A stretch of DNA of 64,000 bases. Source: Moniliella sp. 'wahieum' (Eukaryota). This document shows positions 51,941 to 61,630 of this stretch, piece after piece (position 1 is the stretch's first letter; each line of letters opens with the position of its first letter). Made by a program: the position numbers and the translations under genes. The DNA lies in assembly GCA_003971905.1 (NCBI GenBank), contig RSEE01000061.1, positions 1-64,000 on the forward strand, read 5' to 3'. The notes under the pieces are model-generated. The model had not been told where the DNA came from. It searched no databases and saw only the letters and a program-made list of their open reading frames with translations.

Positions 51941-52954
51941 ATGGCCAGCTCACGTCGTCTTACCAAGGTGTGTTCTGACCGTACTCCCTGCTTTTCTCTA
52001 TTTGGGTGATGCCTTCAACGTCAACGCTCCACTTGAAGAGCGTTAGCAAATGTCAACACCCTGACAGCCCGCTGGCGTCAACCCACTCGCCAGATCGTGT
52101 GACCGAACGCCCGAGCTAACCTTGTGTTTGGCAGGAGCTACAAGACCTCCAGAAAGAGCCTCTGCAAGGAATTGGTATGTCCTGCGTATCGGCATCTCCA
52201 TTCTTACTAACCATGCCTTACTACCTCCGCTCCATCGCCTTTTTTGTCATTCCCCAAGTTGTCGAGCCAAACGGGTATGTTCTATCGTCTTGATCCCCTA
52301 CTCCCCCATACAAATCCACCCATCACCACAATTCTGGAGGCTAATACGTATGCTTATCTAGCGACAACCTCTACTCCTGGACAGCGGTCATCAAAGGGCC
52401 CCCTGAAAGCCCTACGCTCAGGGCAGCTTTGAGCTCTCGCTCGACTTTCCCGTCGAGTACCCATTCCGCGCGCCCAAGGTCAAGTTCAACACCCGTATTT
52501 ATCACCCCAATGTCGACGACAGTGGAAACCTGTGTGTCGGGCTGCTTAAAAGCGAAGCTTGGAAACCTTCAACCAAGGCTTCCACCAGTACGTCCCCCCC
52601 TTTTCCTCTCCGTTATGGGGATGAGGAAGACGCAGCGCTGACGTTCCTTTTCTTGCTTTGCCCAGTTCTTCTGACGATTGAGCAACTCATCGCCGAGCCC
52701 GACCCGGACGATGCGTTGGTAGCTTCGATCGGTATGTTGCCCCTTTGTTCACTTGCTTGTGGCCAGCTCGGCGGTGCAATATACTGACCTTGCCTTCTTT
52801 TAGCCGAGGAGTACAAGACCGACCGCAAGCAGTACAATGAAACGGCCGCTCAGTGGGTCAAGAAGGTACGCTCACGTTTCCCCCCTCTTGCTTTGCGAAC
52901 TGCCGTGATGGTCTGACTGATGATTGATGGCTGTGGGACCAGTACTGCAAGTAA
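51941..52954 (+). CDS. Ubiquitin-conjugating enzyme E2 (UBE2L3/UbcH7-like)
   Basis: Multi-exon reconstruction: MASSRRLTK|ELQDLQKEP...|DNLYSWTAVIKGPPESPY...FPVEYPFRAPKVKFNTRIYHPNVDDSGNLCVGLLKSEAWKPSTK...|EPDPDDAL...|EEYKTDRKQYNETAAQWVKK|YCK. HPN motif plus catalytic Cys. Confidence 0.9.
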
Positions 52955-53630
52955 GGGCCCGCCTTCGCCTCGCGGGTCTTCACCTACTGTATGACCTTTT
53001 TACTACATTACTACGTGCCAATGTCCCCTCTCTCTAGGACATGAACGATATCGTTCAGTTGCACATATGAGTCGGGACCGAAGACGGGGGGAGTGAACAC
53101 ACGTACCCCTCTCCCCCGTTGATGGGGAAGCGCACTAAGGGGCCAAAACTAATACAATGATGGACCTGAGCTGGGCCAGCAAGCTCGGTCGAGATGAGTG
53201 ACGTGAGCGTGAAGGACAGATGACGGAGCAAGCGAAGCACGTGGTGGCTGGGATGACATGGTCTGTTACCCGGTAGGGGGCAAGTAAAAACAGAGCCGAA
53301 AAACTGCAGGCTAATGGCCATTAGAGATGCCCACAGAAGTGGAACAACCGTCGGCCAAGGGGAGGAGGCGGACAAGAAGTGTAATGGGGTTGGAGGAGAA
53401 CCCCTTCCAGAGGGGTTGGATGATGACGACGACGACGAAAGGTTGGTTGTACCTGGATGAGGACGGAGAGCCTGCTCCGACGCAACGAGGCACCCATATG
53501 TAAGTGTTGCCAGCAACAGAATAGAACCGGTCGAGTCCCTTGCATAGCAGAAGGAACGGGGCAAGTCGGACTTGGCCAACCGGAGCAGAACGTATAGCAA
53601 GACCTCAGGCTGAAGTGGCGCAGAGAGCCA

Positions 53631-56451
53631 TTAGTGAGCCCCTCCATCTTCTAGGCCAAAAGGAGTCGAGTGATGTGAACCAGTACTGCGCGGCTCTGGG
53701 AGAGAAAGGAGAAGTTGGTTGGCATGGTGTTGTTGACGCATCTCGATTGCCATACGGAGCGAATGAGGATGAGGTTGAGAATTCGTTGACGGATTCGACA
53801 GTTGGCTCAAACCCACAGAGGAAGTCGAAGTCGCGGCTAAAGGGGCTTCGTGGACCGAGCTGGGTTTGACACACCGAAGAGGAAACTGGAATGTTGCCAG
53901 CGCGGATGGGTTCAGGTGTGCATGCTGGGGCGGCGGAGCGGCTGCTTGGACCGATAGGAAGCCGTATCGCCAGGATACCGAATGCGACCCGTCCTCAGGT
54001 GGAGCGGACAAGGCGCAACTAGTCAAGGCCATGGGATCCATCAGCTCCGCATGGACGACTTCGAGGAAAAAACTTTGATGGAGCTGTTGTGGCTGCCCGT
54101 TTTGGACACAGGTAGCCACCACCGTATCTGCCCTCCCTCCCCTGGCATTGTAGGCGTACCAATGAGCGTATCATCCCTGTCATCACTCCATCGAACCCAA
54201 CTGGGTGCCTCCTTGACTTCATATGAGGCCTGAATACCGTCGCTCGGCCCGATAGGGTCCCAGATCCGCAACTTCCACGCCCATCGTTGGTTCAGGCACG
54301 CTCGGGTCGGCCCTCCCGCAATCCGACGAGTAAACTCGCGAAATTCCCACCCTCCCTCGGGACGCTTGCGCGCATCAATAATCCAATTGTGGTTCCCGCG
54401 CGACTTGGCCTTGCGCCCATCTTCATTGAAGCGGGAAATCAAAGGCTGAGACCAGAGGTAGAGTTTGAGTTGTTTCAGGGTCATCTCTCCCTCCAAGTTC
54501 CCCTTCTGCCGTTGCAACACCCGCTCGTGGAACGCCTTGGTAAACGCATTGATCCGGAACCGGAACGGACGAAAGTCGGGTGATTCGTCCAGTCGAGCCA
54601 TCCGCTTGGGCATCAGAGTTGTAGACAGGCTCCCCCGCGCTATTCTTAAAGTCCACTGTTGAACAGAGAGGAGAAAAAGGAGGGTCAGAATGGACATCGT
54701 CCGTGTAGCAGAAAAATAGAGGGTTTACTCACAGTCAGAACAAATCTCATCGAGGAGCTCGAGGAGAACCTCATCCAACCAGAGCCGTAGTTCAGGATTC
54801 ACGGAGGAAGCCACCGCATCACATTCAAGATGGGTATCGTCTAAAATGGGAGAGGGAACGCCAGGGGGACCCTCGGAAGCGCAGTGCGCAGGAGAGATGG
54901 GGCCATAACGTATGAATCAGACGCGGCGCGCATATGCGCCGTAGGCGTAACCACGGAGCGGTGGTAATGTGGGCGGCGGCTGATTCGCGCTGAATCTGCG
55001 TCTGGACGGTACTCTGTCCTCTCAGGTCGGATGGGGCCCGTGTCACATCACCAAGCGCCTGAGAGACATTGCATTGGTAATGGGAAGAATTGAAGGCGGA
55101 ATCGCCCCGACTAAGGTGTTGCCAAAGGAGGAGGGGTGAAGGAGGCAGTGTTCCACTGCTATCTCTTCCGTGGGTGGTGTTGGTACTCAAATCGTTTGTA
55201 AGCACTGGTTCGGATGAATTCCCACCAGGAGCTGTAGACTCCACAGCTAAAGGCAGATGAGGGGAGTCACTTGCGTTCGAGGAGGGAAGTTTGAGACCGA
55301 GAGAAGGAGGAAGTCCATCGGACGTATTGCCAGTCGCGGGTGGAATAGTGCGGTCAAATGGAGCTAATAGCCCATCCATTGGCAATGTCTGGGGAATGGA
55401 AACATTGTGAACCCCGTCTTGTAGACGAGGGAATGACGCAGTGCGCCCATGCTGATGTGGCTAGAACGTAAGAACTTGACCAAGCCTGGGTCCATGCTGT
55501 CATCATCATCACTCGCTCGCCGTTTGCCCAGCCCAGGAGAATCGAAGATAGGTACATTAGCAACTCTCTCACCTGGGGTAGGCATAGCTGTCGAGGGAGC
55601 GCTCATGGCCGGACAGGCTGCCGACGGTGTCGACGGTCCAGCGCCCATTACATGCGATGAAGCAGAGCAAAGTTCCGGCAGATGGGTGTTCGATGTGCCA
55701 CCGTTTAAGACTTGATCCAAGGCATGCTGCAGTTGATCCAGAAATCGTTTGCTCTGCATATGCTCGCCGTTGCGAAAGTGAGTTCGGGCCGATGTGGCAT
55801 TTAGGACGATGTGGTCCATCAGCAAGCCAAGGTGTCCCACCGACGGATTGCCGTCTCCTCGGAAGGTGACATGAGTGATGATGTGGCAGATGCGGTGTCT
55901 GTTGCAACTGGCAACGGCGGTGCTGTGGAGGGATGGAAGGGCGATTGCACGTCTATTCCCTCGCCTAGGGGAGTGTGCTGGAGATGCATGGCTGCAACAG
56001 CCTGAGCAAACCCAGGAAACTCGGCCTGGCCCAGGGGCACAGCCGCGGGCGAGGAAAAAGCAGGAAGACTAGCAGCCGTACCCAGGGCCCTCTGTACGTC
56101 ATCTTCGAACACAGCCTCGGGGACATTGGAAAGAAAGGAGCAAGCCGGGTCCGAGGGGCCTATTCCATTGGCCGGATTATTGGGCGAATGACTGTGGGGG
56201 TTGATCGGCTGGGCAGACGGGGGTGGTGGGGTGGTTTGGGCTGTGGTGCGGCTTGGCCCGAAGGGTATATTAGGGGCTGGGCGGGAGGAAATGCGATGGG
56301 AACGGTGGAAGAAGCGTAGAGGCCGGGCGGGGCGGCGGGCCAGCGGGCTTGCGGCGGTCAAGGGACATGGTGTGGCGGTGGCCACACGGGCCACCAAGAG
56401 AGGAAACAGCGTGTTGGCGGGAACGGCCGAGGGCAGCTGGCCTGCACCCAT
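53631..56451 (-). CDS. Uncharacterised protein with a basic globular domain followed by an Ig/cadherin-like beta domain
   Basis: Colinear minus-strand ORFs at 55819-56598, 55364-55840, 54825-55385, 54041-54697 and 53631-54122, with an intron near 54.67-54.73 kb. Globular-looking segment FRPFRFRINAFTKAF...YLWSQPLISRFNEDGRKAKSRGNHNWIIDARK, then WKLRIWDP...PSWVRW...LIGTP. Both ends uncertain. Confidence 0.65.
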
Positions 56452-57284
56452 TCTGGTGCGCTGGGCTGGTTCTGGGAGGTAGGGGCGGCAGGGGCGGAGG
56501 GATGGGCGGACAGAAGACCAGGAGGGCGATGGCGATAGCGAAGACGACGGAGGGCCCAGAAGAAGGCCGAATGCAGAGGGGCGCTTGGCAGCTGCCACCC
56601 TCCACGTCCACTACGGGGGTGCGATGACTGATTATGACTAGCTGACTGAGCTGGAAGCCGGACTCGAGCGGCTCAGACGGAGCGCCAGGTCTCGTCGCTC
56701 TTGCATTGGTGCGGCTGCCCTTGTGGGGCGGTGGTGCGCCTTGGCCCCCGAACGGCGCAGCGCAGCGCAGCCGCACAATATATTCACCTGGCGTGTGCTC
56801 TATGCAAGGGGCACCCCCCTCGGCCTTGGGGCGCCACAGGCTGCAATTAAACACGCACACTGCCCCCTGCGTGCGCTGCCACCGCTTACTGTGTCCATCC
56901 ACACCCCCCGCCTGCTCCACTGTGGCGGCGCAGGATTCAGGACCCCCGTCCTTTCCGCTCGCTCACTTCCGCACACTGACTCGGCGCTTTCTGCCCGCTG
57001 GAGGCACTAGTGACGTGGCACAGGCGTCTAACCCTATGCCCCCCGTTCGCCGATTCCATTCTGACATAAGCGTGGAAGGGCTGTCTCGGCACTGCGCCCG
57101 CCTGCGCCAAGGGGTCACGTGGCAGCTTCCAAGAAGAAAATTTGCAGGTGGAGGCAACCTACCGAGCAGCACGATAAAAGGCGTTTGCGGGCGGCCCAAT
57201 TGCCCCTCAGCCCACCCTCCCATTACCGCCATCACCCATCGCCCCCAGCATCCATCTCTTACTGGTAAGTTGTTGGCCTTCTCT

Positions 57285-57416
57285 CTTTATGATGTCTTCA
57301 TCTTCCTTGCCCGGCCTATATGACCATGCCGAAACGACAAGGCGGCGTCTCGTCGGCGCTACGTGCTTCGGCACGATTGTTTCTTCGGTGCTTGCCAGCA
57401 CCTCGTTGTCTGATCC
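57285..57416 (+). ncRNA. snR190: Box C/D snoRNA, snR190-like (intron 1 of host)
   Basis: C-box-like ATGATG at 57289-57294 and D box CTGA at 57410-57413. Internal TCTTCC..., GACCATG...ACGACAAGG and CTTGCCAG recall yeast snR190 (from memory). It sits immediately upstream of U14, as in yeast. Confidence 0.6.
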
Positions 57417-57565
57417 TTCTCATTTGCATCATGCATCGTTGCTAACCTCCATTGCCTTTGATTGCTAGCTTCAACCCACATTCTCCCTCCTTCGCCCTTT
57501 GGTCGAGGAGCCTGCACAAAACCAACAACTGGTATGTTTGCTCGCCGTTCTCGCAAGGCTGGGTT

Positions 57566-57855
57566 GTCGATGATCGATACACCTGGTATCCAACCAAATT
57601 CGCAGTTTCCACTGTAGGGCACGCAAGCCACCCCTCGTGGGTGGGGGCAATAGTGCTCCTCTTGGTCGAGAGGACTCGTGCTTTTCGGCATGTCGGTGGT
57701 GTCCATCCCCTCTGGCCTTCGGTGCGGGGTGGGGGCGTGTACGAACCCAGTTATGCGTCTCCAGCGGCCCGTGAATTGGTCCGTTTGCATTGACCTCGAG
57801 TTGAAGCCTGCCTTGCCCAGTGACGGCCCACAGACCTTCCTTGGAAGTCTGAGAC
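57566..57855 (+). ncRNA. U14: U14 (snR128) box C/D snoRNA with expanded Y domain (intron 2 of host)
   Basis: Domain A ATTCGCAGTTTCCAC (57598-57612); Y-loop TACGAACCCA (57740-57749); domain B plus D box ACCTTCCTTGGAAGT-CTGA (57834-57852); terminal stem GTC/GAC extended by GGCTGGG/CCCAGCC; degenerate C box GATGATCGA. Confidence 0.92.
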
Positions 57856-58649
57856 TTCCCAGCCTGCCCTCAATGATGCATTTGCTCAAACGATTGGGTG
57901 TACTGACCGATCTGTTTATGTCCAGACTCCTTTCTCGTTTCCTTCACGGCCACCCTGTTACTGACGTTGCTCTATTCCGGTAAGTCTTCTCGATCATTTA
58001 GTCATTGACCACTGTTCATCAGGCTTCCCAATGCCCTTATTTGTGCGAATGTTATGGGCTTCAGAAGCATGGCGTGGAATACACTTTGCCACACAGTTTT
58101 GACATAGCTGGGTCCAGTTCAGCACCCTCTCCAGGCGAACCTTCGTCTCGACAGTGGTGTGCCTGTTGTGCTTCAGGAGCGTGGGAGGCTTGACAAATCT
58201 GCGATGCCAGTGAGATCCGAAGTCCGGGTTGTCCTCGAGGGTGGCGCAATCCCACTCGTGGTGGTGGCTGTAGTCTAAGCAAACAACGCCTTCAGAGGAA
58301 CATCAAGCAGCCCGTCGCCACTAGGGGCTTGGCTGCGGAACAAGGAAAACGGATAACTCCTTAGTAGGCCTGAGGAAGGACTGAAGGGACCTTGGGCCAA
58401 AGCACGCTAACGAGCAACCCGCGGTAGCTCAACGTATGCAACTACTAACGCTCTCCTACACGTCGGCCCCTCACCGTGCTCACCTCCCCGCGACCTTTCC
58501 TTGACCACTTCTGGATCCTGCTACAATTGGAACAAAGATCGATCATCTCAATGCGACCAAAAACCCGTCAGACAAGAAACGCTGCGCCACAGAGCACAAG
58601 CGACAATGGCATTGTAGAGTAGAACCAGACAGACACGTCCATCCGGAAC

Positions 58650-59465
58650 AAGGGTGCAAAAATATTCCCTGCCCCCACCCCAAGCCCAAGGGCCGAGGCA
58701 GAAGGCGAGCAAGGCGAGCACGCAGCTCTAACACGGCTAAACGCGAGAGCACTCCCACTCCCCACCTCCCATCACCCGCATGGGAGGCGAAAAGTAAGAG
58801 TGCTGGCGACCACTCAGCCCCGAGGGCGCCGTGCTGCATCCACCGAGCAGGGAGATCAGGAGTCTAAGCCAAGCAGAGGATGAAGGGCAGGCGGCCTTGC
58901 GGCTCCACCTGCCAGCCACCCTGCAAGGCCCTCTGAAGGCACAGTCCACGCTTTAGCTTGTTCCCCACCAAAGGGTTGCCCCCAAGGAGAGAACTTTCTG
59001 GTCGCCGGCCGGCACGACCAGGGGTGCGGACCGAAAACGGCAGCAAAGCTGGAAAGTCGCACCCGATAGACACCTCAAGGCATCAACTGGCAGAGGATAG
59101 GCGTGGCGCGATACCGACATGAATGCCTGGTGCGGTCACTCCCCACCCCCCTACCCAAAAGGCCAAAGCCATGAGCGAGGAATGAGGAGCACGAGGATCG
59201 TCGAACCAAGGAACGTCCCCACAGGGGACGCCACAAGTGGAACGACGCATGCTCGCCGGCTTGCCCGTCCCTAATCCGGTAGAGGAGCGCACCGGCCCGC
59301 AAACCAGACACCCAGGACCAGTCGGCGGCTACGCAATTTGGTTCAACCTTAGGGTTAGGATCGTCTACGCCCCCCGTCGGTCCGCGCCGAAGCGCAGCGC
59401 CAGACGGGGAAGTGCAGATCGATGTGGGTGCCCGACTTGGGAGAAGAGAAGCAAGAGGATGGCGG
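58650..59465 (-). ncRNA. Candidate telomerase RNA (TER)
   Basis: Minus-strand CCUAACCCUAA (59349-59359), complementary to TTAGGG repeats, directly preceded by a long hairpin capped by cUUCGg (59360-59423). Downstream are a pseudoknot (59058-59064/59022-59028 crossed by 59042-59053/58945-58958), an enclosing helix (59428-59463 with 58915-58942), distal multi-stem domains and AUUUUUG at 58657-58663. No credible ORF. 3' end uncertain. Confidence 0.78.
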
Positions 59466-59793
59466 CGCGAACGCGCTTTTATCCTGCTGGCTCCGCCGCG
59501 CAACCAGACCGCCGGACACGCGATGAGGCACGGGGGCGTAGACATGGCGGCCAGCGACGCCAACCCTAGAAATGATTGCGTAATGCACAATAGGGTTGCA
59601 TGCAGTTCCACGTTACCAAGCGTGGCTCCGCGATCATACCATCCGGTAAGGCGATGCTGACGCGCTGACGCATGCGCGACCTGCGCACAGACCGCCTGTC
59701 GGCCTCAGCAAACCACTTGCGCCTTCCCATCTGCGTTTGTGCCGCCACCACCACCTCTTTGTTTCTCGCCAGCGGGGTTACCGCAGTACCACA

Positions 59794-60446
59794 ATGGGCA
59801 AAACCGCATTGATTTTCCTTGCCGACGGCTCGGAGGAGATTGAGTTTACCACCACATATGATGCTGGTGTGCGTAGTCATCTGGCCTGGTGCCCAGCCCT
59901 GCGAGGCGGCCTGTTGACCTCCATAACGTGTCAGTCCGTGCCGGCGTTTCTGTCACGTCCGCTTATGTGGGCAACCGGGGAGTGGATGGCAGAGCAAGAA
60001 GCCGGCTATGCCACCTGCTCGCGTGGGGTTAAGATTGTCCCGACCTCTACCTCACTGATCTGGAGGGCGTAGGGTACGACGCGTACATTGTCCCTGGTGG
60101 AATGCCTGGGGCTGATACGTTGGCGAACACTCGGAGGTGACGGCGTTGCTTAAGGCAGCCTATGATCAGGGGAAGGTGGTCGCCTTTATTGTGCTGGCCC
60201 CCTTGCGGCCAAGGCGGCGGGCATCACGGGCAAGTCTCTCACCTCCCATCCCTCGGTCAAGGCGCAGCTGCAAGGACTTCGTTTACTCAGAACAGCGCGT
60301 GGTCAAGGCGGACAACCTATTACTTCCCGAGGCCCTAGGACCACTTTGAGTTTGCTCTGACAATTGCTGAAGCCCTTGTGGGCAAGGAAAAGCGACAGGA
60401 GATCGTACCGCCCATGATACTCCCACCTGGCTGGCCTGAGGCCTGA
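59794..60446 (+). CDS. DJ-1/PfpI family protein (PARK7/YajL-like)
   Basis: MGKTALIFLADGSEEIEF; CSRGVKIVP; YDAYIVPGGMPGADTL; GKVVAFI(C)AGP (frameshifted); TSHPSVK; YSEQRVV; GPGT-like segment, then FEFALTIAEAL. One intron. Confidence 0.9.
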
Positions 60447-60833
60447 TGGGGTTGGAGACCCCGGAGGGCGCCCATCGACATTTCATGCTTACGTTTTCTG
60501 ATTTTGGTTCCTAGGACTACAAGAAAGTAGGGGAGTGGGATCAATGAGAAAGGGGATTGGTACGGGATGACACGTAGGAAGCAAAGCAGGAAGGTTTGGG
60601 GCAAGCAGGAGGCGCAGGTAAAAAAATTAGGCCGAAGGGTGTTATAACCGGTTTTGCCGTGGCTGTTTGGGGTTGCAGCAACGGGGAGGGCATGGCCACG
60701 AGCACGCGAGGTCTCTGACCCAACTCGAATTGCATCGAGTACATATGAAGGCTAGAGGCTGCAACAAAGAAAACAGAAAAAATGGTTGGCACCTGTTGAA
60801 CGTGTGAAGCGGGCCAACTTGAGGGTACGCTGA

Positions 60834-61630
60834 CTAGGACAGGGCCTCGTTGCTGTCGCTGGCTTCTGGGCCCTCATCCACATCCGCTAGCTCTGAGGCA
60901 ATGGGTCCGCCTCGTGCGTGTTCCACGGGGGCCGAAGCAGTAGCAGATAATGGCACTCCAACCTGATTCCGACTGGGTGACTCGCCCGCGTCGCTTCCCC
61001 GTCGCTGAGCCGATGTGTCACGAGATCGAGAACGGGAAAGGGAGCGGAAAAACTAGTGGGTATACAGGGTTAGCACAGCTCATTCGTGCAGAATCACAAA
61101 CGTACTGATCCAACAGGACCTTCCCGGCGACCACGCTCTTGGCTGTTGCTCGTACGGCTCCGAGAAAGCGACCTGTCCAGGGACCCTTCTGGACGAATGT
61201 TGCCGCGGCCCCTCGACCCGTGGGCGCATAATGGGGCGCAGCCGCTTCTTGCCTGCGGTACTCTTCTTGAAGTTCTTGGTCGCGTTGCTCCTCGTTCGCA
61301 ATCCGTGCCCGCTCGTCCGGGTCTCGGGAGGGGGAGCGAACGTTGCCGGCACCGCGCGCGGGGAGGAAAAGGTGGTAGGAGGGTGGTCGGCTGTCATCTG
61401 GTAGGCTGCAATCTCCTCCGCGTCGGGCTGGGCGACCACGCGAGGGCGAACGTACCATCTGCCGTGACGACACAGGACATGTTAGTCGCAGGAGCAAGGC
61501 GAGGTGGGGACAGAGTACGCACGTTGCCCGCGCCACCGCGGCCCGTGGTGACGGGGGGGATACGACCCGAACGGCCGCGAGGCTCTTCAACAATGGAGTG
61601 CTCACGTGCGATAGCGAGGCCAAATACCAT
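60834..61630 (-). CDS. DUF3602 / Par32-like protein with GRGGAGN repeats
   Basis: Repeats TTGRGGAGNVR, ARG(G)AGNVRSPSRD and PTGRG(G)xGNIR across frameshifted ORFs; intron near 61055-61105; terminal exon ends at TAG 60834. Confidence 0.75.

Larger units (their letters stand above)
57200..58100 (+). ncRNA. Spliced non-coding snoRNA host transcript (3 predicted introns)
   Basis: Introns at 57265-57468 (GTAAGT..GCTAAC..TAG), 57532-57925 (GTATGT..TACTGAC..CAG) and 57980-58022 (GTAAGT..TTGAC..CAG). The short exons show no credible ORF. GATAAAAG at 57173-57180 and CTAACCCTA at 57028-57036 lie upstream. Ends approximate. Confidence 0.7.

Noticed and set aside
57359..57983. ORFs 57359-57889 (-), 57452-57793 (+) and 57678-57983 (+)
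   Set aside because: They overlap U14/snR190 and the host introns, with no protein-like signal.
59349..59359. TTAGGGTTAGG as an interstitial telomere remnant or just another telobox promoter site
   Set aside because: It is under two repeats long, lies downstream of the TATA-like motif, and is embedded in TER-like structure (abutting hairpin, pseudoknot, enclosing helix). A template interpretation fits better.
58543..59611. Minus- and plus-strand ORFs over the TER candidate (e.g. 59075-59611, 178 aa)
   Set aside because: No recognisable motifs. The composition is typical of chance ORFs in GC-rich structured DNA.
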